From Veleropilina oligotropha (Eukaryota): DNA of 64,000 nt. Positions within the stretch are counted from its first letter, which is position 1; each line of letters begins with the position of its first letter. This document shows positions 1 to 14,655 of this stretch, piece by piece. The notes beneath the pieces are model-generated. The model saw only the letters and a list, made by a program, of their open reading frames with translations. It was not told the origin of the DNA and ran no database searches. Made by a program: the position numbers and the translations under genes. The stretch covers positions 62,001-126,000 of the forward strand of contig JBEUKZ010000046.1 in NCBI GenBank assembly GCA_048128005.1, written 5' to 3'.

Positions 1-2308
1 TTTGTTTCTTATAATTATATATTTGGATTACAAGGAATGGCGCAATCTATACATCAGTTAAGAAATGGCACAAAGAACTCTTCGCCATTATTATCAACCC
101 ATCAATTAAGATTCTATATTATTCTGTATGACCGGGAGCCGATTTACATCGTAATTATTATCACAGTATTGGTTATTTGAATCTGATGTAACTGTTTAAA
201 GGATAAGCGAGTATCGCGTCTTTTGAGCACAATTTACATTTTTAAAATGTCATAATTAAGATGCCATAAGCTTCAGATATAATAGTATAATTAGTTATAA
301 CTGTTTAAACACATTAGCACCTGCGATTGTGGATGCGAGTTCTGTCAGTGCTATACCCGCGAGGTTCATATCTGTTAATTAATGTAATGAATACAAAAAT
401 ACTCGTTTACCGTCTAGACACATATCTTAAAAAAGCATTATATTTCATATAAATTATCAGTAAATTTTAGTCAGGGTTTAGAGTTTACACTTGAAGTTTC
501 CAATTTCGCTACAGATAATGTAGACAGCGATCTGAAGCGAGTCAGAGTCGCGCCTTTTGCGGCGTGGGCGGGATGGATGCGAGTAGTTTGACAGTAACTG
601 TTAATATTCATCTTTTAATAATCATATTACTTTAAATAATATCACGTAACGTAATTCTGATTTAATAAGTTGTGTTTGATGCAATAGAAATGATAATTCA
701 TTTGTTATAATTACCATCGCATAAATATTTTACTATATATATGTTTTCCTATCGTTTCATAACTAGAATAGTATCTTATCATACTGGAAAAGACGACATT
801 CAATCCAGACCATGTATCCAGATAATCGTCACCACTTCGGAGTAGGCCCTACAGTACCAGTATGCTTCTGTTATTACCCCTCACAGCAAAGCGAGTAACT
901 TCCCCCAAGTTTCAATGTTTAAAAAGCCAAACGTTCACGACGGTTTGATATAAACTATATTCCTTCTTAACCCCCGTCCCGTTACACTCGTTTAATGTAT
1001 GGAGACTATCCGAGCCGCCTTGTACACGACCACGCAAAACCTACACGTTTTAACTATTTCTACGAAGTCTGTTGATTAATTCGATTTCTGGCGCCGTCGG
1101 GTTGGAACCAGCTTATTGAAATAGCAACGCCAGTAAGTAGGATGCGTCGATTCGGTCATTGACCTTTCAGCAGCATTAAGGGTAGATACAGTAGGCCTAT
1201 TTGACCTTTAAATTCATCAATAGGATCGACGTGGTAAAAAACGCACACGCCAAATAGGCTACCGGTGATACATTTTTTTATAATTACCTTTCCATAAAAT
1301 ATATCATTCAATACAATATTCCATTTATATTCCAAGACATGGCGTCCCCGTTACCATTACAAGGTTTCCGGCCCTACGTGATCCAGCTCTCTTCCTCCCG
1401 TGCGTAATTTCATTGCAGAGATTTATGAATGACCATCAGCAGATCTTCGGAACTTGATAAGGGCAATTATTTATTGATTGCATGTCAGTTAATGTTATCC
1501 GAAACTCTAAGAATAGGACTGTTTCTAATCTCTTAGTTAATTATTCCGCCACCCATAACCTGACCCGTATCGCGTCCTAATCTTATTAATATAATATATC
1601 GTGATCAAACTCTAAACACAGTTGACACGGACCGTCCATGATACGAGGAAATGACATTACGATATCTGAAATTAACCTTCAATATCGGATGCAAATAGCT
1701 AACAAATGGAGAGAAACGCGTATGTAATAACAAAGAGTGGGAGCATGTCCGAAATCGATCATTCATCCAGAATACGTGGCTTGTTATCAATAAAATTTAT
1801 GTTGCAATAACGTTACAATATCAAATCATTTGAATTTGCAAGTGAGTTTTGCTACGCCGCAAAGTCCGAATAAATAACAGTGTGCATTTTATTGTATTGT
1901 ACTTAACGTTGAAATTGGCATGCAACTGAATTTGATATGTCATACGGTAAAGTTATCTTTGCAAGAATGAAAAAGGAATTATTTCGTGCCTTTTCAAACT
2001 TGAATTATTTTATATTAGGCATTGTACGAACCATGCAAGCGTTTAGAAAGCAGGCAATAAATAGTAAATAGTTCGTATTGGTTACCTGGTGTCAACTGCA
2101 TTGTCGGATCCAGGGGGTTCGGACATCCTTTTGAAATTTCCAAGTGAATGTTTTTATTACTTTGTTTGTTTCTAGACCCGATAGTTCAGTTATCCAGTTT
2201 TATTGCACACAGGATCAATGATTTACGGTCAAATAATTGATCAGGTGCACCCTTATAATGCAGAGGGGTTCACACAGCTAATTGTTAAAATTTTCTTCCA
2301 CGTGAGGC

Positions 2309-2475
2309 TGAGGCATTGCAATTTGTTCAAGTTATGAATCACAGTTGTCCGTGATTGGCCGAAGAGGGCGGGTTTACCCGGGCGACCGGGGTTTCCTCCC
2401 GCGATAACACGGACATGTCCTGCCTGAACCTCGATGTTGTAAATATAAAGGACATTAAGCATCATTCCTCCCTCC
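2309..2475 (+). mobile_element. 5'-truncated copy of a tRNA-derived, V-domain-like SINE
   Basis: Matches the 3' part of the family (GAAGAGGGCGGGTTTACCCGGGCGACCGGGGTTTCCTCCCGCG...GGACATTAAGCATCATTCC). Flanked by a 12-bp TSD TCCACGTGAGGC at 2297-2308 and 2476-2487. Confidence 0.85.
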
Positions 2476-3682
2476 TCCACGTGAGGCCCCGACTCCGCAC
2501 GCGGACAATTGATAATATTTTAAAATATTTGGACCCCTTGGAAAATCCTGGATCAACTTATGATCTAGTTGGTAATTCCGTGTGTTTTGTAGAGTTGGTT
2601 ACGATCATAGAATATCTCTGATGATTGGTGGATGTCACCATGTCACGTGTGCTGGGCAATACCGCATTAATAACAATGTATGCTATTATATAGACATAGC
2701 CTGCACATTGACGACGGCGTCATTTCCTTTCCGTTAATCTCCTGAACAAAAATCAATTTCCTCTTCGATATTTTAAGCGATTAGCGACCCATGCTCACTA
2801 TTGCATTGATCAATTCCCATGGATTTGGTTTGATATGAAACGATGCATAAAACTCAGTTTTAGCAATCTCTAGGTTCATTCCAGGCCATCTTTATATTTT
2901 CGAAGTAACAAAGCACGATCGTACGAGAAAACTCGCCGTCTCCGGTCGGCTATATGGACAACTGTGACTGGTAACCAAACAAAGAAAGATTTTGCTCAAA
3001 TCGAGGCTCGAACGAACTCCTGTTAGAAAGTGCAACCATGCATGCTCGTGAATTGAGACCACATGCTCCTATGCATGAGGGTACTGGTGCGCCCACTAAT
3101 TCTCAAAGGCTATATACCGTAATACGTAAACATGTATAACCCAAATTAAAGGGTAACTGTTATATTAGTATCTTATTTACAAGTAATTATTCGGTCGATC
3201 TTTTTATTAGCCTCGCCTCCGGAGGAGATGCGATAATATTTTTTTCACTCTACGGTACTATATCCCGTTATAATACTTCATTGGTATAATACCGCCTAAG
3301 GAGGTCTCTATACCGGTGGAATAATAACGATATGCTATTTATAGAGTTGTGTTTAACTGCTGATATGCGTTTCACATCAACATCTTAACCACGTGTGCGT
3401 TGTAAAAATACAAATTCTTTATTTGCGATTAGCGCTTATACATAACGATATTTAATGATGTCATTGCTTAAAAAATTGCGGATAGATTTTCATGTTATGA
3501 ATAACATAAAGGATAAATTATTTATTATTACAAAAAAAATTATTAATTGCCTTCAAAAAACAAATATCCATATCATGATGTTTCGCGCTGTCATAGTTTC
3601 ATGTTTGTATTCATCGCCTCAGCGATCGACGGAGTTGGTTGGTTAAATTCAGCATAACTTTATATCTGTTGTGGTGAGATAA

Positions 3683-4189
3683 GTGTCTGCAGCCATCCTA
3701 GCAGAAAATAATGAAGAAGTGTTTGACTTCCCAACAACATCACAGAGGTGGCACCTGCCTCATGACGATAGAGGCATGTCGTACTTCCTCGTCGGATATG
3801 ACGTTTTCCCGCACCTGGATGATGAAGCCAATCTCAACATGGCTGCTGAATACCGCATCTTCAACCACAAACTATCCAGGACTCGACGCATTGCGGAGAA
3901 TGCCTTCGGTATTCTTGCAGACAGATGACGCTGTATGCTGACCAAGATGCAGAAGGACCACGAGACAGTGAAGGCCATCGTAAGTACCTGTTTGTGTCTT
4001 ATGCGGTTGAGGTATCATGTTCTGTGACATGAACAGAAGGTGGCTGACCATAACATCATCAATGGTGCGTGGAAGGACAACTTCCAATGATGCAACCAAG
4101 CCACAAAAGAAGCAAAGACACAGCGAATGTATATCAATCATTATTACAATAATATTGACCGTGTCCCTTGGCAGAACAACATGATTTAA
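3683..4189 (+). pseudogene. Decayed PIF/Harbinger (HARBI1-like, DDE_Tnp_4) transposase, C-terminal half
   Basis: Translates to SYFLVGYDVFP...RIFNHKLSRTRRIAENAFGILADR*RCMLTKMQ...IVSTCLCL, then HNIINGAWK and VPWQNNMI*. This matches the Harbinger consensus GDxAFPL / FNYRLSRARRVVENAFGIL / VPWQ. Contains an in-frame stop at 3926, deletions and frameshifts. Confidence 0.85.
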
Positions 4190-4687
4190 GACATGTGATG
4201 TACGTGCCGTGAACTCAGGGTTCAAAATCTTTAGGATTTGCGAACAATTTGCTAGTACTTTAGTTTTAAATTTTGCGAAAGACATACTGCACATAATTAG
4301 TGTCACGCCGGGAATTGACATGCATGGCAATATTGTACACTGACAAGTAGATATTAGAACAAGAATATGTCTTGGCCTTTCCTGTTAGGGTCGTCTGTTA
4401 TATCGTAGCTAAATCTATTATGATCGCACCACCAGTCGTGCCACTAATCGTACGACCAGACTCAGATCAGTCGCATGGTGCGACCGCATTTTGCGATCGC
4501 AGACAAAAATACAAGACTGGTCGTATCTCGCAGAAATCTGCCCAAATCGTACGACTCAATAATCGTACGGTTAGGTGTGACTGTGCTTTTAGGGTCTCGC
4601 ATCGCAGATAATCGCACGATGTGTTCCCTGACAAGTTGCGATTTTTGCAATCATTTACGATGTTGTGTATACTGTTCCAGGGTCTAC

Positions 4688-4783
4688 GCTGCGACACGAC
4701 AGCATCGTATCGCTGCGACACGACAGCATCGTATCGCTGCGACACGACAGCATCGTATCGCTGCGACACGACAGCATCGTACG
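4688..4783. repeat. 24-bp tandem repeat, 4 copies (CGCTGCGACACGACAGCATCGTAT)
   Basis: Seen directly. Lies in a CpG-rich zone of ATCGTACGA/GTCGCA motifs (~4380-4830) next to the Harbinger relic. Confidence 0.9.
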
Positions 4784-7129
4784 ATATCGTACGATATCTC
4801 AGCTAAATAACACCGTGGGAGACCACCTTTACACCACGCTACTGGTCGATGCTAAAAATGTGGCATAAAAGATTGAAAATATGCTTAAGAAATAACACAT
4901 GGCATACAATAATGTTTGCATTCATTTGCAAACTAGCATTTGCATCATAAAGTAATATGTAATGATGTAACAAAACACACCAAAGAACGACGGTGGCATA
5001 TCATACATATGATAAGGATGTTCACTATGTGACTTGTTTTGGCACTGAACTTACAATGTGGACTTGCAAAGTAGTCTTCACACACTGAGCTGGAGAATGA
5101 GATACAGTCCTCTATATGTACCCCCGTAACAAATCTTTGATAGCCACAACTAATTTTGACTTTTCGCACGACTTGTCGTGTAATCGCATGATTAGACACA
5201 CATAGTCGAGTGGTGAGTCCCACGATCAACCACGACAACATAGGACCACTCAAAACTTGTAGCACAACCATCGCGCGACTGTTGAGACCAGCTACGACCT
5301 GTTTGGTCGCAGGCAGGATCTTGAACATGGTCGAACCCCTCCCCACGACCTAATTCGATTGTGTGACTACCCCAAACCTTCCAAGACCATACAGGACTTG
5401 TGGATAGACCATACAGGACTTGTGGCAAGCCTTTCCTTGCGATTTCCAGTCGTAGTTAGTCATAACAAATAATGTAAGTTTGATGTTTGATCAAGCCGCG
5501 TTGCTATCTCCCCGTTTGATTTAATGAAAGATGCCGACGCTTTCGTCAGCGTCAGAAAGCAGATATGTGGCACGATTGTAGTAAAAATTCATCTCATTAA
5601 AATCATAGTTTTGAAAATGAAATCTTCATGATGATTGATGCCAGGAAGACTACGGTCGGGACGACTCCATGCGATTACGCTGTGCTCATCGTTCGCTTCG
5701 CTGTACAATACTGTCTCCGTGGAAAGTAATAAACGTAAAATACATATTCTGGTGCGACATTAGCACATATTGTTGCAACATTTCATGATATTATGGCGTA
5801 AATTTATAAAAAAATGATGTAATAGCGAATTAAAAGTAGGCTTTCACGATATTTAACATGCGTGTCAACGCTATCTTCTAGTGTAAACAACCGCATGGAT
5901 TCCTGTACCTGCGTCATTTCCGGTTGACTCAATGAAAACATGGATTATACGTGGCATAATAAAAAACATTAAAATTAACTGTTATTGCATTTTTCCCCAC
6001 ATTTTTGCATCTAAGTGGTGTATATCATTGAAATATAAGCATTAAAGTCATGAAAATGACCTATGAGGTGTCATAAGCACTTTAACACAATCAAAAACCT
6101 CCCACGAACGAATTCGGTCATGTGACTAGCATAGATCTTTGCGATTTGCAGTCGCATTCTGTTATAAGTTGTCTTATCTCTCAGCTTGCACGGGAATGAA
6201 GCAGGTATTTACAGGCCATTTTGCATTCGTGCAACACATGGTGGACGATGATCGGTTGTTGCGATTGAACGATCAAGTGCTAGGCGGGTGCCTTATGCGA
6301 CACTGGAAGAATGTCTACGGCGTCGGTTGGTCAAGGCCATAGGGGATGTTGTGACATGTGGTAAAATCTCCCGGGAACCTCTAAACCTATTTCCTCCGCC
6401 AGTAACCTTATAAAGTTTCAAAGATTATATAAAATGTTCTACCAAGACGTGCTGTTCACTAAAGTTACGATTATGCTGCAACCTGTCAATCCTTAACAAT
6501 ATGCGGTTCAGCTGGGAAAGCAGCATCGGCTATCATTTTTTAACCCAGGCGCAATGGAAGCTAGATCTCGGTCTTCACCAATGCGAAGGCAATCTGGATC
6601 TGTATGATGGATGCTCAGCAAACCAACAACTGCCGTGGACGAAGAAACCATTAGCGTTGATTACTAGGAACCAGTTAACAAAATGAAAACTTAACCCGCC
6701 TGTACTATAACCTCTGCAGATCACGTTTCAGTCTATTGAAGGGGGTGTACTGGGGGGGGGGGATCTCTTCACGCAATCACGTGAAAATAGAGTGCCATTC
6801 ACGTGTTCATGCTAAATTTATTTTCATTTCACGTTTCACACGTTTCCAACCTTAAATATGTGTAAATATTGATAAAATTATATAGTTGTAATAAGCATGG
6901 AATGTAGTCCATGGTCCAGCTGGTGGACAGGTATCATAATGGTGCACTAAAATCCATTTTAACCATTCATGAAGGGAGGTGAACCATTACCAAAAATGCT
7001 TGCCGGACATTCCAACGGTGAAGCCATTTCCCCAGGCCTACAGTGGTTTTACGTTCATGTGCATGTTATATGGTAAAATCACTATATATTCAGCATTTCA
7101 CACTCAGAGGAAGTCCAGACAGATATATG

Positions 7130-8620
7130 TTATAAAATATCACATCGGGTTGACTTAATGCACACGTCTTTGTAAAACCTATAAAAGGTTGGACTCAACA
7201 TTTTGAACATTTGAACCCTTATAGCCAAAACGGACACATCGAAATGACATATCCCGAAAAATGCTTATTCGACGACAAGGTCTAGAAATACGTCAAAATG
7301 AGCCATAGTCGTAAAAATGGCCCAATCGGTTGCGCTGCAAGCGGACGGGTGGCCGTTTTCAGAAACTTGTGAAGAGCGCATCACGCGATATAGTAACTGC
7401 TGAAGCACATTACCGCTGATCATATGTATAATTCACATGACGAAAGCCTCAACGAGCTCCTTTGGCTGAAGAAGATCAACAAGACGATGCATACTAGTAT
7501 ACCTCATCAGTAACTGATGATCGACAAGCCCATATGTAGCTCAGATATAGCATTGTGTATATTGCTGTTCAAAAAGCAACTAACATCAAGGCAGATTCAC
7601 AGAATTACACACGACTCAAACTGAAATTATAATCCAGTCGAACAAATAGCCGAAGATTACATGACAATGATGTAAAATAGTCCATCTAAAAATCTACAAT
7701 ACACCTGCGAAACCTCATCAAAGGCATACATACATGAATAAACTCTAAGCTGGACACGAACTTGTCATCATGTGAGTGGTATAATACCTGAGCCACTGGG
7801 GGCTACAACCCTTCCATCTCCTCACAATGCATGTATGCAAAACGGCAATAAAAGATTATTTCATAAAATAGCATATATACTACCACACTCAGAGTGTAGG
7901 GAGAGGACCTTCCATAATCCCAAAGTAATCCTACAAACCAACAGACAAGTTCATGGACAGATATATCATGGAAGTTCGAGAAGTTCAGCCAACCTCCAGT
8001 GCACATAATAGTGTCCGCTGAAAACATGTATAGAGATGAAAGACAGTTACGCCATCACTATCGAATTGGTTGACGAGATGGTGCACGAAGGTTATTCCTT
8101 CTGTTCAATAACATGGTCATGCGGATGTGTACATTGTACCACCTATAAATATATTCGTAAAGTTATTTATCTCTCGAAGTAAGACGTCAAACAATACATC
8201 GTAAGCACTGAAACATTTAATAATATATGCAGATGTTTAGTTTAGTTTGGTGACAGCCAAACACGAGAATAGTCACTACAGCTAGGGCAGTTATGAAATG
8301 TAGACACAAAAAGCTACCAGGTAATTGTAATTTCATTTAGTACCATCTGCATGACAACAACAGATGATAAATTGTCCAACGGCCCTTCGCCTAATGTTTA
8401 AATGTCGGATGCATTTATACATTGTCAATGAAAATCGAAGTCGTATATGGACTGGTGATCGGATCCGAAGAATATCTGGAAAAGGCTGACACACGCAAAA
8501 GAGCGAAGCACGGAGTTTTGGAACTCATTTTCATAAGAACAGTCCCTGATATCATCCACTACTCGAGAACGTTGCATCATCGCGCGCAGCATTCAAAGAT
8601 CTGTTGTCGATAGACAACAG
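7130..8620 (+). pseudogene. Highly decayed Academ-like DNA transposase fragments
   Basis: Ordered motifs DIVTAEAHYR (7387-7416), FNNMVMRMCTLYH (~8104-8142), ALKHLIIYADV (~8205) and AVMKCRH resemble the Academ-type motifs DLxAAEAxYH, VxRxGxFH, GLxDLLIESGV and GKHYNR. Many stops and frameshifts; boundaries approximate. Confidence 0.5.
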
Positions 8621-8637
8621 ACACATCACTCACAACC

Positions 8638-10142
8638 CAGGGGCGACGCAACCATTTTCATGTTAGGGGTATCACCAACAAAGAGCACTTTATTTGTAAA
8701 GAGTATATTACAAAGAGCGACACTTTTAAATAGCATATTTGTATCCGCAAGATGATCCACGCACGCGCACCAATGGTCATCCCAGATAAACCTTACGTGG
8801 AACAAACAGACATGTATAGCCTACACTACAAAGACTGTTTGATATACGCGACACTCTATAGTGGCATGTTAAGAAATTTAGTTCAGAGAGGAGTTCAGTT
8901 ATTAGTCCGGGGGACAATGCTCCATAAAGGGCTTACAAAATGATTTCGTTTACATCATATTTATTGAGTTTACTAACAACGTTGCGCGTGGGGACGGGGC
9001 CGCGCGCGCAAGAAATTTTTAATACTTAATACTGTGAAATAGCTTCTCATGCGTTCTGAAGCTGCGAATGGATGTTTTTAGGGAGTCATTTACGCACCAT
9101 TTCTTCATTCATTGTATATTCAAGTGTATTCTCTACTTATGATATAAGTGGATGGTGGTGGGCGCTAAAGCCCTGCCATTCATTCTATCTGACAGAATCA
9201 GTAATCTTATATGATTTGATTGGATCGATTCTTTATGTCCCATCTTACCGCATTCGGGTTCACAACAGGACACAAGAACAGTATAGCATCATAGTATCGC
9301 GAGAGCAAAGCCTGAACACCGGGGAGAATCTGCCCTCGCCGAGTAGTTATGGACAATAGTTTCTGTTATTTCAACACAGTGCCTAGCCAAGCATTCGAAC
9401 CCACTCTTGTTATACAATGTAGTCTTATGGGTGAATTGACAACCAACGCTCTTATCCACCCGACTTCCACTCAACATTTGATTCACATCATCCGTTGTAG
9501 CCTAATTGTAATCGAAACTTTCGATTTTCCTTCGTATACAACCCTCATCTCTGATCTGCCAAAATTCCGAATGCTTTCCACTTTCTTCATTGCCGTGAAG
9601 GCGCTTTCTTGAACCTCGTATGATTAACAGAAACACACACAAGGAAACGTCGAAGAGCACCTTTCAATTGTTTAAGTATCTGCATGGGTATATGTGGAAA
9701 GTTGACATAAACTCCGCTGCAGCCACAGTAGACTGTCCTAAGTGTGTGTAAAGTTGAAAGGGAAAATGGACGAAAGAGTGGGTCTGGCCTTAAAACTATG
9801 ACCGATTTCGTTACCTGAAACAGGAGGATTGGATGCACTAAACCAGTGTTTTAGGCGCCGAAATGGATGTAATATCATTAGCCATATCGCGCCTTAAAAC
9901 GCGTTGCCCGCCTTAAGCCAGTATAAAGGGGAAGAAGACATAAAACTTATATCTAAACAGCGACAAGTAAATTGGGAAAGGGGACATGAGAGAAAGAACA
10001 TATATCCTTGATTACGCTAAAAACAATGTTAGTCAAATCCACCTTCAGTATTCAGCATATGCATGCGAGGGCACTTCTAGCCAAAATGTTAGGGGGGTAA
10101 ATAGGCCTACCCCCTTACCCCCCCCCGGTCGCGACGCCCATG
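8638..10142. mobile_element. Non-autonomous DNA transposon with CAGGGGCG-type terminal inverted repeats (TIRs)
   Basis: Imperfect TIRs CAGGGGCGACGCAACC and GGTCGCGACGCCCATG. AACC is duplicated at 8634-8637 and 10143-10146. Confidence 0.55.
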
Positions 10143-10766
10143 AACCCATCAACGTCACGCTCGAGAGCCGATATTCGGTATAGGGGTGTGCTGCTGATCA
10201 TTCTGCAGAATCAGAAATCCAAGGAATCCAGTGGTAATAATATATCTTATTATTAAATAACAGTTGGTGCTACAGCCTTTGCTTTGCAAACGTTTGCTGA
10301 CGAACGAGAGCGCTTGTAAGGGGGGTGGCTGCGATACTATATTTTGCTTGAAAGCAAACTAAATATTGTGCTTCCTAAACGTTTTTAAGCGGCCGCGTTC
10401 TGTTATTTTCGCGAAAATTTCGACGCTTTTAAATAACTATTGCGGCGTATTATAATATTAATAATGACAGGTTTATGAATATTCAAACGAACATTCAAGG
10501 ATTCGCGCTAATGTCTTGCAGGCAAAACATTATCACGTTTCTCCTATATCTTTCACGTATTCACTTTTTATTTGAGAGAAATTCACGTAGTTTCTTTCGG
10601 TGTTTCCCGTTTTCACGGTTTAGTATATATCTAATCACGTTTTAACGCACAAACCCATTACCACCCCGTATTGATACGAACACAGATGCAATCAACATAT
10701 CTGGAAAACTGGGAACGACACCTGAAATGGTATTACACCGAACAATTACATTATTAAGCCACATAA

Positions 10767-10879
10767 AATGGAAAAATTGGTGTTGTACTCAATGAAGTAT
10801 ATAAAGAGATATAAATAGTAACAATGGAAAAATTGGTGTTGTACTCAATGAAGTATATAAAGAGATATAAATAGTAACG
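10767..10879. repeat. Direct duplication of ~56 bp
   Basis: AATGGAAAAATTGGTGTTGTACTCAATGAAGTATATAAAGAGATATAAATAGTAAC occurs twice in tandem. Confidence 0.9.
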
Positions 10880-11504
10880 ATGTTGTTTGTCGAATACTGA
10901 TATTTGCTATCGATAATATTACAATATGCCGTTTTCTTAAGATGAAAATATGATAACATATCAACCAATTTCAAGCCACCGTGCCTTGAAACGAGCTCCA
11001 TGTATGTTCGCTGGTTCGTCATGCCAGCAAACCTCTTTTGGTACCAATATTTCATTGAAAACACCATAGACGTGTTTCAGAAATACGTGGACCGCGGTGG
11101 CAAAGTCTCTAACTAGAGTGATCAGCATTGGGTAGTGCCACAACCAAAAATCTTTAAAATAATTTCGTAATCTAGAGTCGGACGTCGAACAAATCTTGCG
11201 ATTCTCTAAATAATCAGCCTCGCAACGCTTTATTGTATCGTTGATAAATGACTCTTGTGTATCGCCGGCTACGACAGATGGTGGACATCGAAATATAGGC
11301 CTACCACCGAAACATAAAACCTGCAATTGCGCCTCAACAACGTTGTCACTTTTCGCAATCAGCAGTACAATTATGGAAAGTCAAAGTTGGTGTTTGGCAT
11401 TTCCCAATATGCCTTTCTCATTTGAGAATTTCAATTTTCGTTAATGGACCATTATCTTGCATGTCCTAAAATTTAAATGATCGCATCCATAAAATAAACG
11501 CAAC

Positions 11505-11731
<227 letters not shown>

Positions 11732-12257
11732 ATGGCAATGGTGTTATTGCTGGTTCGAAACCACCAACAATTGAACGCGATTTCCATCCATTAATCGCAT
11801 CCACTAACGGACGCATTTACGAACATATGCGACCAGATTTAATTGGTAACCATATTGTCTGCAAACTTTTGACGAATGAGGTGACAGGATGCGTTAGTAA
11901 ACGATAATAGGCCCTATGTGTATGTTTATACTTAAAGCGTTCACGAAATCACTGCAATAGGGATTACTGCATCCCATGACCAGCACGGTGAATTGTGGAG
12001 ATCATGACGCCACGTCGTCTCACTGCAGTAAGACACAACGAGATAATTGCCCACGTGGTATACTTCTACCCATAAATAGACGTATTATACTGATGGAGTA
12101 TTATACCGGGGGTATAGTACCGCAGATTGAAAAACTCTAGTATGTCTGTATGTATGCATGTGATTGTCTGTTCGCATAACTCAAACCCATTCAGTTATCG
12201 CCCCCGTGTTTACCGCCTCCTTTAAGTGTCGACGCGCTAATCACTCGTCCGTCGAAG

Positions 12258-12540
12258 ATGGATGGATGGATGGGATCATTGCTTAAATTAAGTCCTGTAT
12301 ATTTACAACCATCAGGTTCAACGCAGGACACGTCCATATTATCAAGGAAGGAAATCTCTGTCGGCTGGGAAAACACGCGCTCCGGTCAGTTATGGACTAC
12401 TGTGACTGGTACTGAACAAAGAATGATGATATTTCCCCAACCGAGATTCGAACGCATTCCTGACATACAGAGCAGCCATGCCAGTGAATTGAGATTCAAC
12501 GCTCAAGAGTATCCACAAGGCTACCGGTGCGACCACTATA
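12258..12540 (-). mobile_element. Diverged copy of the SINE family
   Basis: GGAT-type tail, GTCCTGTATATTTACAACC..AGGTTCAA body and a degenerate B-box region. Confidence 0.7.
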
Positions 12541-12959
12541 CTTCCCAAATATAATATACATAACCCCACACAACCCATGCATAGAGTAAATAATGTTTTA
12601 TTTTATTTAAAGTAACTATGCGTTATATGTTTGTATGAACACCTCCTCTTGAAAAATCGCGAGGATAATGCAATTGACTCCGTGTTTCTGTATTTTTGCC
12701 AATTCGTGGTCGAGCCAATCGGCTACCGTCTCCGTGTTTAACGCCATGCGATGCTAAACGTACAACCTCCGTTGAGTGTTCGATTCCCTAATCATTCACC
12801 CGTCGATACTTTTAATTTAACCTTTTAATGACTTCAAAAGAGAAACGCACACCTCACTTTTAGATAATTTCACTAGGTTAACAATACTAGTATGTAAAAT
12901 GTAATGCAACAAAACATTTCTGAAACATTAACTTTTTTTTGTTAAATAAAATTAAAGTT

Positions 12960-13165
12960 ATTTTCCCAGCCCCAAATAAATTGCGAAGAATATTAACATG
13001 CCAACCGTCCGTGCGTGCGCGTCGATCAGCCCGTGTAAATTATCTTTTTCCGGAGCGTATCTCACAAACTGCTCACTTTATCTTTACGAAATTTGGTGGG
13101 TGTAGGTGTCTTTGCTAATTTTAATGTTGTGCGGCGATTATTGACAGAGTTGTTGCCCTTGTTAT
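12960..13165 (-). mobile_element. Short Helentron-associated (HINE-like) repeat
   Basis: Reverse complement of ACAAGGGCAAYAACTCTGTCAATAATCGCCGCACAACATTAAAATTAGCA...CCAAATTTCGTAA...GAGATACGCTCC with a GCAC/GGAC microsatellite. Same family as 22812-23040 and 46688-46890. Confidence 0.65.
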
Positions 13166-14317
13166 TATCTAAAAAATGAATTTCAGTCCCGATTTGTGAA
13201 TATTTAAGAATTTTTCATACACTAACTTTCTATTCTTCATTAATGAACAAGAAGACAAGGCTATCAATATCCCCCGCAATTGTACATTCACAATTACTAG
13301 TAGTCCAGTCAATTTACGATTTGACCTCAAACAAATTGCAACATAATTTATTTTGGTGTTATTAGACAGGCATACGACGTTTGAACAACATATAGAAAAT
13401 CGGACAAAATAAGTGCCGTTATATCTCTCTAAAGTTGAGGAATTTTCGCAACAGCCACGATGGCGGCTATGGGTCGCCATACATTGTTGGCCCTGATAGG
13501 TTGAACCCCCAGTCCCTGGACGATATGTCACAAAATTAAAAAAAAATAATCCAAATCGCCAAGCAAATTGATTGCTATATATCTCTATGTTATATATGCG
13601 TGTTAATTTCATTTCAAAGTGGCAGCCATTTTGTTGCCGCTTCGAATCAATTTTCGATGGAAAATAACAAATTAAAGTTGCTTTTTTATCAAAATCATTC
13701 TTAAATCGTGTTTAGAAATGATAACATTACAAAGCCGACACATTTATCATGATTTCTGGTGTTTTTTGTATTATTTGGCGAACTAATTTAGTCTTGTCTT
13801 CTATGCGTTCTTCAGAACTAAAAAAATATTACAGTTCTTATAAACGACACATGGTTATAAGAAACAATCTCTTACCTTACTTTGATGACAATATACGAAT
13901 ACGGTTTTGATAGAAAATACCATCCTTTCCTATTGTTCATCGGTTAATCCTCAAATAACTAGTAATTGTAAATGTCGTCTGCTAGACTTTGCGAAAATGG
14001 CACCGATCACATACTCACACGTCACGTGACAAAACGGCGGGCCGCTAATGGCAATAACGGCCCGCTAATGGCAATAACGGCCCGCTGATCGGGCCGTTAT
14101 AGAGATTTATCGTCCACTCAAAATCGAGCTATCCTACTAGTAACGGCCCCGTCATCTGATAATAATCATATATGTTTGATCAAAACCATTTCTTGTCAGC
14201 GTTGAATGTACATTTCCACCGCGGGTTATTTCTTATGCCTGTAGAAACAAGATTATTATAGTCAGTTAAAAATATACGCAAATTATGGAAGCGTGGAACC
14301 GCCAGAGAAAAAAAAAA

Positions 14318-14655
14318 CTTATCTCATACGTATGAGATACTAACTCATACGTATGAGATACTATCTCATACGTATGAGATACTATCTCATAAATATGAGA
14401 TACTATCTCATAAATATGAGATACTATCTCATAAATATGAGATACTATCTCATACGTATGAGATACTATCTCATAAATATGAGATACTATCTCATACGTA
14501 TGAGATACTATCTCATAAATATGAGATACTATCTCATAAATATGAGATATTATCTCATAAATATGAGATACTATCTCATACGAATGAGATACTATCTCAT
14601 AAATATGAGATACTATCTCGTAAATATGAGATACTAACTCATTCGTATGAGATAA
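14318..14655. repeat. 21-bp minisatellite (TATGAGATACTATCTCATA+AA/CG), left-arm array
   Basis: Seen directly. Each unit is a near-perfect 19-bp palindrome. Confidence 0.95.

Noticed and set aside
10961..11326. 121-aa minus-strand ORF in apparently unique sequence
   Set aside because: No recognisable motif or convincing splice signals; cannot be supported without a search.
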